A DNA stretch of 64,000 nt from Actinomycetota bacterium. GTDB lineage: Bacteria; Actinomycetota; Acidimicrobiia; Spongiisociales; UBA4744. A program made the translations under genes and the position numbers. The notes beneath the pieces are model-generated. The model did no database searches. It was given only the letters and a program-made list of their open reading frames with translations, and had not been told where the DNA came from. Below, in pieces: positions 47,281 through 57,381 of this stretch. Where the stretch lies: assembly GCA_013152275.1 (NCBI GenBank), contig JAADGS010000026.1, forward strand, positions 1-64,000, written 5' to 3'. How positions within the stretch are numbered: position 1 is the first letter of the stretch; each line of letters begins with the position of its first letter.

Positions 47281-47523
47281 ATGCAGAATTGGATCGAAGA
47301 CGAGAGACTTCCCTGGGAAAGCGAAGCGGCGTGCCGTGGCATGGAGCCGGCCCTGTTCTTCCCCACGGTAGAAGCGGAGGTCGCCGAGGCGCTGGCAGTG
47401 TGCCGGGTATGCCCGGTGCGACAAGAATGCCTCGAATGGGCGTTATCGACGCGAGAACGTCACGGGATCTGGGGAGGTACCACGGAACAGGAGCGCAGAC
47501 GCCTCATGCGTCGCTCTGCGTGA
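47281..47523 (+). CDS. whiB: WhiB-family Fe-S transcriptional regulator
   Basis: AACRG...FFP, CRVCPVRQEC and GIWGG. Subfamily not assigned. Confidence 0.93.
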   Translation: MQNWIEDERLPWESEAACRGMEPALFFPTVEAEVAEALAVCRVCPVRQECLEWALSTRERHGIWGGTTEQERRRLMRRSA

Positions 47524-47644
47524 ACTGTGCCTGGTCGCCCTGGGCTCGTTAGGCTTTGCGCGTCTGCTGCACGATGCCGGCCGTGATATCTGCCGTGTGT
47601 TGCCCGGTGGACTCCTAACCCCCATAGGTCTTGGAGGAGACAGC

Positions 47645-48820
47645 ATGAGCAGGGCCCCCGACCCACATGACTTCCTGGCAATCGATTCCCTCCTTTCGGA
47701 TGAGGAGAGAATGATCAGGGACACAGTCCGGCAGTTTGTCGCCGATCAGGTGGTGACCGACGTCGCCGACTGGTTCGAAGCCGGGACGTTCCCGAGGGAG
47801 CTCGTGACCGGGATGGGAGAGCTTGGCCTGCTGGGCATGCATCTCGAAGGCTACGGGTGCGCGGGAACATCGGCAGTCGCATACGGCCTCGCCTGTCTCG
47901 AATTGGAGGCGGGCGATTCAGGCGTTCGTTCCTTCGTATCCGTCCAAGGATCTCTTGCCATGTTTCCCATCTGGAAGTATGGATCGGAGGAACAGAAACA
48001 GCAGTGGCTTCCCCGGATGGCTGCCGGCGAGGTCATCGGCTGCTTCGGCCTCACCGAACCCGACGCCGGAAGTGACCCGTCCGGCATGCGTACCAGAGCG
48101 CGAAGAGCCGGTAGCGACTGGGTGCTGAACGGAACCAAGATGTGGATCACGAACGGTGGCATCGCGGATGTGGCCATCGTGTGGGCCATGACCGACCAGG
48201 GAGTACGTGGGTTTATCGTCCCGACGGACACTCCCGGGTTCTCCACGAACAACATCCACAAGAAGCTGTCGCTACGAGCGTCCGTCACATCCGAACTGGT
48301 GCTCGACGATGTACGGCTACCCGCCGACGCGGTGCTCGCCGGGGTCACGGGTATGCGCGGGCCGCTGTCATGTCTGACCGAAGCCCGGTACGGGATTCTG
48401 TTCGGAGTCATGGGTGCCGCGCGTTCGTGCTACGAAGTGGCACTCGACTACTCGAAAGAGCGACACCAGTTCGGAGCGCCACTTGCCGCGTTTCAACTGA
48501 CACAGAAGAAACTCGTGGACATGCTGGTGGCCGTCAACCGGGGAACGCTGCTCGCGCTGCACCTCGGCCGGCTCAAGGACGGCGGCGGACTCCGTCATGA
48601 GCAGGTTAGTTTCGGCAAGTTCGACAACGTTCGCAACGCGCTCGAAGTCGCCCGCACCGCCAGGGGGATCCTCGGTGCGAACGGCATCACGCTCGAATAC
48701 CCCGTGATGCGCCACATGAACAATCTGGAGTCCGTCTATACATACGAGGGCACCAACGAGATCCAAATGCTGATCCTTGGCAGCACGATCACCGGTGTGT
48801 CGGCATTTCTGGCGCCCTGA
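47645..48820 (+). CDS. Acyl-CoA dehydrogenase, glutaryl-CoA dehydrogenase-like
   Basis: DSGVRSFVSVQGSL, GCFGLTEPDAGSDP, KMWITNG, LSLRASVT and YTYEGT. Confidence 0.9.
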   Translation: MSRAPDPHDFLAIDSLLSDEERMIRDTVRQFVADQVVTDVADWFEAGTFPRELVTGMGELGLLGMHLEGYGCAGTSAVAYGLACLELEAGDSGVRSFVSVQGSLAMFPIWKYGSEEQKQQWLPRMAAGEVIGCFGLTEPDAGSDPSGMRTRARRAGSDWVLNGTKMWITNGGIADVAIVWAMTDQGVRGFIVPTDTPGFSTNNIHKKLSLRASVTSELVLDDVRLPADAVLAGVTGMRGPLSCLTEARYGILFGVMGAARSCYEVALDYSKERHQFGAPLAAFQLTQKKLVDMLVAVNRGTLLALHLGRLKDGGGLRHEQVSFGKFDNVRNALEVARTARGILGANGITLEYPVMRHMNNLESVYTYEGTNEIQMLILGSTITGVSAFLAP

Positions 48821-49251
48821 TGGAAGCCGAAGCACTGGTCCGTGACCTTCGTTCGGAGGGGCTGCGCATCACGGCGGCGCGCAGGGCGATGTGCGATGCA
48901 CTGGCCGGGGGCCGAGGTGAGCATCTCAACGCCACCGAGATCCGTCAGCGGGCAGAGGAGGCGTCCGGTATCCGTATCGACCAGTCGACCGTGTATCGCA
49001 CGATCGATGTTCTCGAACGGCTCGGTGTTCTGCATCACGTGCACCTTGGCCACGGCCCGGCCATCGTCCATCTGAGTGCAGAAACCGACCACCAGCATCT
49101 CGTCTGTGAACACTGTGGGAAGACGGTCGACATCCCGATCGACGAGGTCGTGGAGGCCTTCGAGACCGTCGCCCGGCGCCACTCGTTCACCAGCGTTCAA
49201 GGATCCCACTTCGCCATCGTCGGGACCTGTGAGGACTGCACAAACGGTTGA
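48820..49251 (+). CDS. nur: Fur-family regulator, Nur (nickel uptake regulator)-like
   Basis: STVYRT, HHVHLGHG, HQHLVCEHC and HFAIVGTCEDC resemble Streptomyces Nur; adjacent to a Ni ECF transporter. Confidence 0.8.
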   Translation: MEAEALVRDLRSEGLRITAARRAMCDALAGGRGEHLNATEIRQRAEEASGIRIDQSTVYRTIDVLERLGVLHHVHLGHGPAIVHLSAETDHQHLVCEHCGKTVDIPIDEVVEAFETVARRHSFTSVQGSHFAIVGTCEDCTNG

Positions 49252-49381
49252 CCCCCATTCGAGAGCCGCGGCGGGCCGTGTCTTTCGAGAGGTGAAGCCG
49301 ATTCCGAGCGGGAGGAATGTACCGGCCGGCGTTGATCCTTTCGTGGATGCCGCTCAACCCGCAGCGCGGTTGCGGGGCGCG

Positions 49382-49409
49382 TATACTCGTTGTTGCAAGG
49401 CGCATGCAA
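49382..49409 (+). promoter_or_regulatory. -10 element plus Nur-box-like operator
   Basis: TATACT at 49382-49387; TTGCAA-GGCGC-ATGCAA at 49393-49409. Confidence 0.65.
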
Positions 49410-49422
49410 TAAGGACCCTTGG

Positions 49423-50382
49423 ATGCACATTCCCGACGGTTTCATCAATGGGCCCACGTCCGTCGGTGCAGGTTTGGTCGCTGCCGGGGGCCTCGCAGCC
49501 GGGCTGAAGCAGGCAGGTCGTCGACTTGCCGATCGCCACGTACCCCTCGCCGGTCTTGCAGGCGCGTTCATCTTCGCCGCGCAGATGATCAACTTTCCTG
49601 TCGGAGTGGGGACATCCGGGCATCTGATCGGTGGTGGTCTCGCCGCGGTACTCCTCGGCCCGTGGCTCGCAACGGTCGTCCTGTCGGTGGTCCTCGGCGT
49701 GCAGGCCCTCATCTTTGCCGATGGGGGAGTCTCGGCACTCGGGCTGAACATCATCAACATGGCGATTCTCGCGCCGTGGTCCGCCTGGCTTCTCTTCAAG
49801 TTGATGCGTGCGTTCCTTCCGAGGACGCAGCGGGTGGTGGCCATATCGGCGGGCATCGCTGCGGCCTTGTCTGTGGTCGTCGCCTCCCTCGGATTCGTGG
49901 CGGAGTACGCCATCGGGGGGACCGGGGGGGCGCCTGTCACGACGGTCCTGATCGCAATGGGAGGCGTGCACGTCTTGATCGGCATCGGGGAGGGTCTGAT
50001 CACGGCAGCGATCGTCGCTGCAGTCCTTGCCGCCAGACCGGACATCGTCGCGGGGGCGGACGATCTGCTGGACAGCTCACCGCCGGCCTCCCGCAAGATC
50101 GGACGGTTCGTCGCCGTAGGCCTCGGAGTGGCCCTGCTGGTCGCAGCGTTCCTCAGCCCCTTTGCGAGTAGCAGCCCGGACGGTCTGGAGCGGGTTGCCG
50201 CCGATCAGGGGTTCGCGGAAACGGCACTGCCCGGCGTCATCGGCGAACATTCTCCGTTCGCCGGATACGAGTTCGGATCCGAGGGTGGTCTCGCGACCGC
50301 GGCGGCCGGCGTTGTCGGCGTGGGGGTCACCTTCGGTGCCGGGTACCTGATCGTGCGTCTGAGGCGGCGAACCAAGGCATGA
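49423..50382 (+). CDS. nikM: ECF Ni/Co transporter substrate component, NikM fused to PDGLE (NikN) domain
   Basis: N-terminal MHIPDG, GTSGHLIG, FADGG and PDGLE. Confidence 0.88.
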   Translation: MHIPDGFINGPTSVGAGLVAAGGLAAGLKQAGRRLADRHVPLAGLAGAFIFAAQMINFPVGVGTSGHLIGGGLAAVLLGPWLATVVLSVVLGVQALIFADGGVSALGLNIINMAILAPWSAWLLFKLMRAFLPRTQRVVAISAGIAAALSVVVASLGFVAEYAIGGTGGAPVTTVLIAMGGVHVLIGIGEGLITAAIVAAVLAARPDIVAGADDLLDSSPPASRKIGRFVAVGLGVALLVAAFLSPFASSSPDGLERVAADQGFAETALPGVIGEHSPFAGYEFGSEGGLATAAAGVVGVGVTFGAGYLIVRLRRRTKA

Positions 50383-51143
50383 GCGGCTTCCACACCCATG
50401 CCCTGTACCGGCACGAGCACAGCGTGCTGCACGACCTCCCGGCACAGGTGAAGGTGACGGCGCTCGTGCTGTTCGTCGCCGCCGTCGTCGCAACGCCCCG
50501 CGAAGCCTTTTGGGCGTTTGGGTTCGAAGCGGCCTTGCTCGTGGGAGCGCTCGCCGTGGCACGCATTCCGTTCGGTTTCGTGGCGCGCCGTCTGCTCATC
50601 GAGGTTCCGTTCATGGTCTTCGCCATCCTCATGCCCTTCCTCGGTGTGGGCGACCGGACCTCCGTCCTCGGAGTATCCCTTTCGATCGCAGGCCTGTGGG
50701 GTGCCTGGACGATTCTGGCCAAGGGCACACTCGGGTTGGTGGCATCGGTCTTGATGGCCGCGACAACCGAAATCCCCGATATTCTCGATGGTCTCGAACG
50801 CCTGCGTGTGCCCCGGTTGGTGACCGCGATCGCGGGATTCATGGTTCGGTATCTCGACGTGATCGCCGGAGAACTTCGGCGGATGAGAGTGGCGATGATC
50901 GCACGAGGCTATGACCCGACCTGGGTCGGTCAGGCGGGTCCGATTGCAGCGTCGGCGGGCGCGTTGTTCGTGCGCTCCTACGAGCGGGGCGAGCGGGTTC
51001 ACCAGGCCATGCTCGCAAGGGGCTATACGGGGGTCATGCCGCCTTCCGACACCACTGCGGCGACCCCGAAGGACTGGATGATCGGCTCCGCGATCCCGTT
51101 GCTCGCCTGGGTGTTCGCGATCACTGCGCTGATGGTGCGATGA
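50379..51143 (+). CDS. cbiQ: ECF Ni/Co transporter T component (NikQ/CbiQ)
   Basis: Two ARG motifs; RSYERGERVHQAMLARG. Confidence 0.9.
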   Translation: MSGFHTHALYRHEHSVLHDLPAQVKVTALVLFVAAVVATPREAFWAFGFEAALLVGALAVARIPFGFVARRLLIEVPFMVFAILMPFLGVGDRTSVLGVSLSIAGLWGAWTILAKGTLGLVASVLMAATTEIPDILDGLERLRVPRLVTAIAGFMVRYLDVIAGELRRMRVAMIARGYDPTWVGQAGPIAASAGALFVRSYERGERVHQAMLARGYTGVMPPSDTTAATPKDWMIGSAIPLLAWVFAITALMVR

Positions 51144-51856
51144 GTACCCCTGCTCTGGAAGTTCGAGACCTCAGCTATTCCTATCCGGACGGACGCAGAG
51201 CGCTCGACAAAGCAGAGTTTCACATTCACCCGGGGGAACGTGTGGCCCTGTTGGGTCCGAACGGGGCAGGCAAGACCACGCTGGTGCTGCATCTCAACGG
51301 TATCTTGCGGCCGAGCTCCGGAACGGTCCGTGTCGCCGGACTCGAAGTGACCGAGGCGAATTTCATGGAGATCCGACGAAGGGTGGGTCTCGTCTTCCAA
51401 GACCCCGACGATCAGCTGTTCATGCCCACCGTTCGCAGAGACGTTGCGTTTGGACCTGCCAACTTCGGGGTGTCCGGAGAAGACCTGGATCGGCGCGTGC
51501 TCACCGCTTTGGCGTCGGTGGGTATGGAAGCGGAGATCGACCGCGTACCGCATCATCTGAGCCTGGGAGAACGGCGGCGCGTGGCGGTTGCGACCGTTCT
51601 CGCCATGAAGCCCGAGATTCTCGTCCTGGATGAGCCTTCGTCGAACCTCGACCCTGCCGGCCGCAAGGAGCTCGGCGTCATCCTGACGGATCTGGACGTC
51701 ACCATGCTCATGGTTACGCACGATCTTCCGTATGCCCTCGAGTTGTGCGAACGAGCGCTTGTGATGAACGAGGGCAGGATCGTTGCAGACGGGCCGACGA
51801 GCCAAGTCCTCGCAGACCACGACCTCCTCTCGACACATCGCCTCGAGATGCCGTAG
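51140..51856 (+). CDS. cbiO: ECF Ni/Co transporter ATPase (NikO/CbiO)
   Basis: GPNGAGKT, FQDPDDQLF, LSLGE and LDEP. Confidence 0.92.
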   Translation: MSTPALEVRDLSYSYPDGRRALDKAEFHIHPGERVALLGPNGAGKTTLVLHLNGILRPSSGTVRVAGLEVTEANFMEIRRRVGLVFQDPDDQLFMPTVRRDVAFGPANFGVSGEDLDRRVLTALASVGMEAEIDRVPHHLSLGERRRVAVATVLAMKPEILVLDEPSSNLDPAGRKELGVILTDLDVTMLMVTHDLPYALELCERALVMNEGRIVADGPTSQVLADHDLLSTHRLEMP

Positions 51857-51912
51857 CGCCTCGACGGACAACGTTCGTGGCACTCTGCCCGGCACGGGGG
51901 GCTGCCAAGACG

Positions 51913-52079
51913 CTAGTGCCTCGGCCGGCAACCTTTGCGGCGTTCTGCCGGTCAGGAACACCGCTTGCTGCGTTCTCCACCTCGACGCACCTGTGCCGAT
52001 GCGCCTTCGTTGTGCGGCCTTGCCATCGGCGTTCCTGCCTCGGCATCGACACCCCGAACGTTACTGGCCAAGACGCTAG
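51913..52079 (+). repeat. ~165-bp MITE-like element, copy 1
   Basis: CTAG-bounded with imperfect terminal inverted repeats; closely similar to the reverse complement of 58664-58827. Confidence 0.8.
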
Positions 52080-52115
52080 AAGCGGTTGTGTCCCTCGACT
52101 CGGGATGACAAGAAA

Positions 52116-52724
52116 TCAGCCGCCGGATTGCTTCTGGGTCTGACCCTCATTGAGATCTCCCGGCGTTCCACCCGCCAGCAGCGTGTCGATCGTGCTGCTG
52201 ATCTCGAACGGCGAGAGGGGACCAGTCTTCTTGGCCATGATCGTCCCGTCGGGTGAGATGAAGAACGTTTCAGGGACGCCGAATACGCCGAAGTCGATCG
52301 CAACTCGCGATTCCGGGTCGATGACGTAGGCCGTCTTCTCCGCTCTGCCGAACTGGTCGAGAAACGCGATCGCCCGGCGTGGCTCATCTTGGTAGACGAC
52401 TCCAACGAAACGCACGGGTTCGTCGGCGTATGCGGCGGCCGCCGCCTCCAGAACCGGATGTTCCTGCCGGCAGGGAAAGCACCAGGAGGCCCAGAAGTTC
52501 ACCACGACGACGTTTCCTCGCAGGTCCGCGAGGCTGAGCACGCCATCCTGCTCGAGGTACGCCAACGAGTCCTCAGGGGCGGGCTTGCCGATGAGGGGGG
52601 AGGCGATCAGGCTCGGGTCCTTCCCGAACCCACTGCTGAACACAACGACCATCGCGATCACGATCGCGAGAATCGCAGCGAGACTCAGCCACATACCGAT
52701 CCTTGGTCGCGTGGTCTCGCTCAT
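52116..52724 (-). CDS. ccmG: CcmG/DsbE thiol-disulfide oxidoreductase
   Basis: TM anchor, SPLIGKPAP, NFWASWCFPC and GVPETF. Confidence 0.9.
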   Translation of the reverse strand: MSETTRPRIGMWLSLAAILAIVIAMVVVFSSGFGKDPSLIASPLIGKPAPEDSLAYLEQDGVLSLADLRGNVVVVNFWASWCFPCRQEHPVLEAAAAAYADEPVRFVGVVYQDEPRRAIAFLDQFGRAEKTAYVIDPESRVAIDFGVFGVPETFFISPDGTIMAKKTGPLSPFEISSTIDTLLAGGTPGDLNEGQTQKQSGG

Positions 52725-54754
52725 GCCGGCTGTCCGGTCGTCGTCAGTTCTTCACGAGCGGGCTTACGCACCAGCCACGCCCACAGGCCGCCGACACTGA
52801 CCAGGAACCCGCCGGCCCAGACCATCCAGAGCACGGGGAACCAGAACAGGTCGAGCGTGACCTGCCTCTCATCGATCGCCCGCAGTGACAGGTAGAGGTC
52901 GCCGGCCAGAGACCCGCGAACGTCGGGAGACGCCACGGACTCGCGACCGTTGGCGTACTGGTTGAGGCGTGGCTGCAACTCTGCGACGACGCGTCCGTTC
53001 TTGACGACTTGTATGAGTGCTCCGGTCACGAACCGGTTCGATTCGACCCTGTCGAACGTGTTCACATAGGTGAGGTCGAATCCGGCGAACCGAGTCGTGT
53101 CTCCAGGAGTGAGTTGTACCTGGTTGCGAAGTGAGAGGTTCGCGGAGAGTGCGATTCCGATCACCAGGATTGCCACCGCGACATGTGCGATCTGTCCGCC
53201 CCAGTATCCGGGATCGGAACGCATCGTGTACAGCGACGCCGCGGCGAGATTCTCCTGGCGACTCTCGGCGCGTCTGCGGCTCGTGTCCCAGAGTTGGCGG
53301 GCGACGACGGCGATGACGAACGTGCCGAGCAGAATCGCCAGGACGACCGAGAGGCTGCGTCTGCCGAACACGATTCCGACGGCGGTGACCGCGAGGGCAA
53401 ACCGCAAGGGATTTCGGATACGGGCCCACACGACCGCTCCTCGCGCGGAGCGCCAAGGAGTGATCGGGCCGACCGCCATCGTCAGCAGCAAGAGGAAGCC
53501 GATGGGCACGGCGAGTCTATCGAAGAAGGGACGACCGACCCCGACTTCGGACCCGGTGATGGCGTCGATGATGAGTGGATACAACGTCCCGGTCAGGACG
53601 ACGAAGGTGAACACTGCCAGGATGAGGTTGTTGGCGAGCATCATTCCTTCGCGGCTGGCGAGGGAATCGAGCCGAGGCGCGGAAGCCACCATGTGCGAGC
53701 GTGTGGCGAACAGTCCGAACGACAAGACAAGCGTCACCGCGAGGAACCACAACAATGCGGGACCGATCGGTGACTGCGTGAAGCTGTGCACCGAGTTGAT
53801 GATCCCCGAACGTGTGATGAACGTTCCGAGGATGGTCAGTGAGAACGTCGAGATGACGAGGACGAAGTTCCAGCTCTGCAACATGCCGCGCCGCGACTGC
53901 ACGGCGGCAGAATGCAGGAACGCGGTGGCGGCCAGCCACGGCATGAACGAGGCGTTCTCCACCGGGTCCCACGCCCAGAAGCCGCCCCAGCCGAGCACCT
54001 CATACGACCAGAGACCGCCGAGTACGATGCCGGCGGTCAGGAACACCCAGGCGACGAGGGTCCATGATCGGGTCCGCCTGAGCCAGTCCGTCCCGCCGGA
54101 ACCGATCATGAGTGCGGACATGGCGAAGGCGAACGGTACCGACATTCCCACGTAGCCGATGTAGAGCATCGGCGGGTGGATTGCCATGAGCGGATGGTTC
54201 TGCAGCAGTGGGTTCGGTCCGAAACCTTCGAGGGCCGCTTGCGCGTGGACCCATGGGAATGGGCTTGTCGCCATGCAGCCCACTTGCGCCGCCTGCGTGC
54301 AGACCTCGAACGGATTCGAGATTGTCAACATCATTCCGAAGAAGAACGTCGAGATGATCCCCATGATCGCCAGCGCCCCCGCTCCGAGAGCATCAGGTTT
54401 GTGAAGGCGTTGTGACGCGAAGTACACGGTGGCGACAAAGACGGCCAGGATGAATCCCCACAGGACGATACTGCCTTCGAGCGCAGCCCATGCCGATGCC
54501 ATCTTGTACAGAAGTGGGGTGCTCGACGTCGAGTTGTTCGCAACGTACGCGAGAGAGAAGTCGTTGCTCAGCAGTCCGATCTCGAGAGCGAGCATCGCCA
54601 GGATCCCACCGCCGAGGAGTCCGTACACCGGGTACTTCAGTCTGGTCACCGGTGTCTTCGTGGATGCAAACTGGACTTTGAACCCTTGAAAGGCGAGTGT
54701 GATCGAGGAGATCAGTGCAATCAGAACGCCAAGAATGCCGAGTGTCGCGGCCAT
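52721..54754 (-). CDS. ccmF: Cytochrome c heme lyase CcmF
   Basis: NPLLQNH, HPPMLY, WGGFWAWDPVENAS, SVHSF and AHVAV. Confidence 0.96.
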   Translation of the reverse strand: MAATLGILGVLIALISSITLAFQGFKVQFASTKTPVTRLKYPVYGLLGGGILAMLALEIGLLSNDFSLAYVANNSTSSTPLLYKMASAWAALEGSIVLWGFILAVFVATVYFASQRLHKPDALGAGALAIMGIISTFFFGMMLTISNPFEVCTQAAQVGCMATSPFPWVHAQAALEGFGPNPLLQNHPLMAIHPPMLYIGYVGMSVPFAFAMSALMIGSGGTDWLRRTRSWTLVAWVFLTAGIVLGGLWSYEVLGWGGFWAWDPVENASFMPWLAATAFLHSAAVQSRRGMLQSWNFVLVISTFSLTILGTFITRSGIINSVHSFTQSPIGPALLWFLAVTLVLSFGLFATRSHMVASAPRLDSLASREGMMLANNLILAVFTFVVLTGTLYPLIIDAITGSEVGVGRPFFDRLAVPIGFLLLLTMAVGPITPWRSARGAVVWARIRNPLRFALAVTAVGIVFGRRSLSVVLAILLGTFVIAVVARQLWDTSRRRAESRQENLAAASLYTMRSDPGYWGGQIAHVAVAILVIGIALSANLSLRNQVQLTPGDTTRFAGFDLTYVNTFDRVESNRFVTGALIQVVKNGRVVAELQPRLNQYANGRESVASPDVRGSLAGDLYLSLRAIDERQVTLDLFWFPVLWMVWAGGFLVSVGGLWAWLVRKPAREELTTTGQPA

Positions 54755-54758
54755 TCGA

Positions 54759-55178
54759 TCAGCCCCCCTTTGCCGGTACGAGCGTCTCGTGCTTGTCGTC
54801 TTTTGCGTTGTACTGCTCGTCGTGTTTGACGATCAGCACGTCAGAGACGAAGTGGGAACCCTGCCATGAACCCTCGACAACGGCGCCGGCTCCGCCCTGG
54901 AATAGCTGCGGCGGGGTACCTTCGTTGTCGACGTCGATCGTGCTCTGCCCATCGGTCACCTGAAAGCTGACGCCGGTGGGAGTTGTCTTGATGCTGCCTT
55001 CGACGACCAGTCCTCCGAGGCGGAACCGTTCACCGTCCGGGAAGTCGGCGCGCTGTTGCAGCGCCTCGGTGGGGGTGAGGTAGTAGACGAGGTTCTTGTT
55101 GAGGTTGCCGAACGCGAAGAAACCGACCGCGATCAACACCACGATGATGGCCGGAATGATGAACCAGCGATGTGTCAT
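54759..55178 (-). CDS. ccmE: Heme chaperone CcmE
   Basis: YYLTP, RLGGLV and KHDEQY (HxxxY). Confidence 0.95.
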   Translation of the reverse strand: MTHRWFIIPAIIVVLIAVGFFAFGNLNKNLVYYLTPTEALQQRADFPDGERFRLGGLVVEGSIKTTPTGVSFQVTDGQSTIDVDNEGTPPQLFQGGAGAVVEGSWQGSHFVSDVLIVKHDEQYNAKDDKHETLVPAKGG

Positions 55179-55309
55179 GGTCGGTCACCTCTCTTGAATC
55201 GTCTGGAGACGGAACGGAGGCGCACCACGAGGCTGATGGCGTAGATCGCTATGAACCCGTAGACGAGACAATAGGCAAAAACCACCCAACTTCCAGTGAA
55301 CTCAGTCAT
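55175..55309 (-). CDS. ccmD: CcmD-like small membrane protein (44 aa, not in the ORF track)
   Basis: MTEFTGSWVVFAYCLVYGFIAIYAISLVVRLRSVSRRFKRGDRP; overlaps the ccmC stop and the ccmE start. Confidence 0.75.
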   Translation of the reverse strand: MTEFTGSWVVFAYCLVYGFIAIYAISLVVRLRSVSRRFKRGDRP

Positions 55310-56051
55310 CGGTGTCACCTCCCAGGATCGGGGCCGTTATGCCGGCTCCGGCGATCTCCACATTCTCGTTTGCTTCTCGTTGTTCGATGGCATCTGCCAT
55401 CTGTGCGATCCACACCCGGGTCACCATGAACGCCAGATAGATCAGGGTGAAGGCGGCCAGATTCACCATCAGCGCCCGCAACATCAGAGGATCGATGGAG
55501 GGGTTGCCGGCACGCTCGAACGTCTGGGGGCGCAGCACCGTTGCCGTCTGATGCAGCGTGCGCCACCACGTCACGGAGAAGTGGACCAACGGGACCTGCA
55601 CGAACGCGATGATGCCGAGCACTGCGGCGCGTTTCGCTCTCATATCCGGGTCCGCGATGCTGCGCCGCAAGGCGAGGTAGCCGAGATAGATGACGAGGGT
55701 CAACGCGGTGAGCACCAGCCTGGCGTCACCCCAGTCCCAGAACGTTCCCCAGACGGGCCGTCCCCACAGCATGCCGGTGACGAGTGCCGTGCCGGTGAAG
55801 AAGACGCCCATCTCCGCCGAGCTGGCGGCGACTCTGTCCCAGGAGTGCTTCTTGGTGACGAGATAGCCGATACCGGCGACCAGCACGACTCCAAAGGAGA
55901 GGTAGGCGAGCCATGCCGACGGGACGTGTACGTACATGATCTTTTGGAAGATTCCCTGGAACTCGTCGAGCGGTGCGGTGATGCCGAATGTCAATCCGAC
56001 GGCAACACCGACGACCGCGAGTGCCGAGAGTATCTGGACGGAACGCTTCAA
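55302..56051 (-). CDS. ccmC: Heme exporter CcmC
   Basis: YVHVPSAW, WGRPVWGTFWDWGDARL and WWRTLHQ. TTG start after GAGGAG. Confidence 0.95.
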   Translation of the reverse strand: MKRSVQILSALAVVGVAVGLTFGITAPLDEFQGIFQKIMYVHVPSAWLAYLSFGVVLVAGIGYLVTKKHSWDRVAASSAEMGVFFTGTALVTGMLWGRPVWGTFWDWGDARLVLTALTLVIYLGYLALRRSIADPDMRAKRAAVLGIIAFVQVPLVHFSVTWWRTLHQTATVLRPQTFERAGNPSIDPLMLRALMVNLAAFTLIYLAFMVTRVWIAQMADAIEQREANENVEIAGAGITAPILGGDTDD

Positions 56052-56728
56052 CGGGATGTCTCCTCGAGTGGGCGGGCAGTGATTACACCGACGACGGTGA
56101 GGGCAAGGTTCATGGCAATAAGCAAAATGATCCAATTAAGGATACTGCGATCTAATCGAAGCGCTTCCACCACTTGTGACGAAGCGATGAGGAGCGGAAC
56201 GGAAAGGGGGGCGACGAGCAGAGGGGCGAGCGTTGCGCGAGTTCGGAGGCCGGCTGTCACGCTTCCTGCCAGGGTGCCGATCAGGGCCAGGCCGATGGCG
56301 ACGAAGAGGACGATCAGCACGAGCCAGCCCCAACCGCGAATCGGAGAAGGGTTGTACAGCACGATATCGAGGGGTGCGAGCACGAGTTCGAACCCGAGCA
56401 AGAGCAGGGCACTGGCAGCAGAGCGGCCTATGAACGTCGCAGCAGGGTCTATACCCAGCAACGTCAGGAGCTCTCGCTGTGCCGGTTCGTCGGTCGCCGA
56501 CTGGCGGAAGGCGACCAACATGCCGAACAAGAGGGTGATGGCGAAGAACATGCCCGGTCCGATTCGCGCGAGCATCGCCTTTTCCGTCCCGATCGCCATA
56601 GGGATCAGGAGCAGTGCGACGGCGCCGAAGGGAACGGTGATCGACAGCACCTCTCCTGCCCGCCCTTCGATCTTGAGATCCTTTCGCATGATCTCGAACG
56701 CCTGACGCCAGAACTCACGTGCACTCAT
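56048..56728 (-). CDS. ccmB: Heme exporter CcmB
   Basis: KDLKIE.R, six TM helices, LAPLLVAPLSVPLLI; lies between ccmA and ccmC. Confidence 0.88.
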   Translation of the reverse strand: MSAREFWRQAFEIMRKDLKIEGRAGEVLSITVPFGAVALLLIPMAIGTEKAMLARIGPGMFFAITLLFGMLVAFRQSATDEPAQRELLTLLGIDPAATFIGRSAASALLLLGFELVLAPLDIVLYNPSPIRGWGWLVLIVLFVAIGLALIGTLAGSVTAGLRTRATLAPLLVAPLSVPLLIASSQVVEALRLDRSILNWIILLIAMNLALTVVGVITARPLEETSR

Positions 56729-57381
56729 GTTGCGACCAGACCCTCGACCGCAGTCCCGCCGACGAGCTCATAGGTTCGTTCCACCAGAGGGAGCATTCGG
56801 TTCGGCTCATGGGAGACGAGCACGACACATCCGCCCCGTTGCTTCACCTCCGCGACGGTTGCCTCGACCAGCATGGCGGCCATCTTGTCGAGGCCTGCAT
56901 GAGCTTCATCGAGGAGGAGCAGGTCGGGCCGCGTCATGAGCACGCGAGCGAACTCCACCCTTCGCAGCATCCCGTGAGATGAGTGATCGGCTCTGCGGTC
57001 CATGGCACCCCCCAACCCCACTTTCTCGAGGGAGCGCTTCACTCTCGCGTTCGCGATGCCGGCGAGGCGTGCAACGAATTCGAGGTTCTCTTCGAGAGTC
57101 AGTTCACCGTAGAGGGCGGGGAGATGCCCGAGGAGCGCCATACGGCGTCGAATCGCCGGCGACGGCTCGCGGCCGAGGGGTGCCCCCAGCACCGTTCCTT
57201 TGCCTTCCGTGGGGCGCAGCAGGGTGGCGAGAACTCTGAGAAGTGTCGACTTGCCGGAGCCGTTCGGACCAACGATGCCGATGCCTTCACCGGGATCGAC
57301 GCGGAGGGAGACATCGCGCAGAACGGTGAGCCGGCCGAACCGCACGCCGATGCCATCGAGCTTGATCAACGGTACGTTCAC
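56725..57381 (-). CDS. ccmA: Heme exporter ATPase CcmA
   Basis: GPNGSGKST, GHLPALYGELTLEENL, SHGM and LLDE. Confidence 0.9.
   Translation of the reverse strand: MNVPLIKLDGIGVRFGRLTVLRDVSLRVDPGEGIGIVGPNGSGKSTLLRVLATLLRPTEGKGTVLGAPLGREPSPAIRRRMALLGHLPALYGELTLEENLEFVARLAGIANARVKRSLEKVGLGGAMDRRADHSSHGMLRRVEFARVLMTRPDLLLLDEAHAGLDKMAAMLVEATVAEVKQRGGCVVLVSHEPNRMLPLVERTYELVGGTAVEGLVAT

Noticed and set aside
49252..49380. Cobalamin or NiCo riboswitch before the ECF transporter
   Set aside because: No recognisable B12-box or NiCo core; a Nur box explains the regulation.
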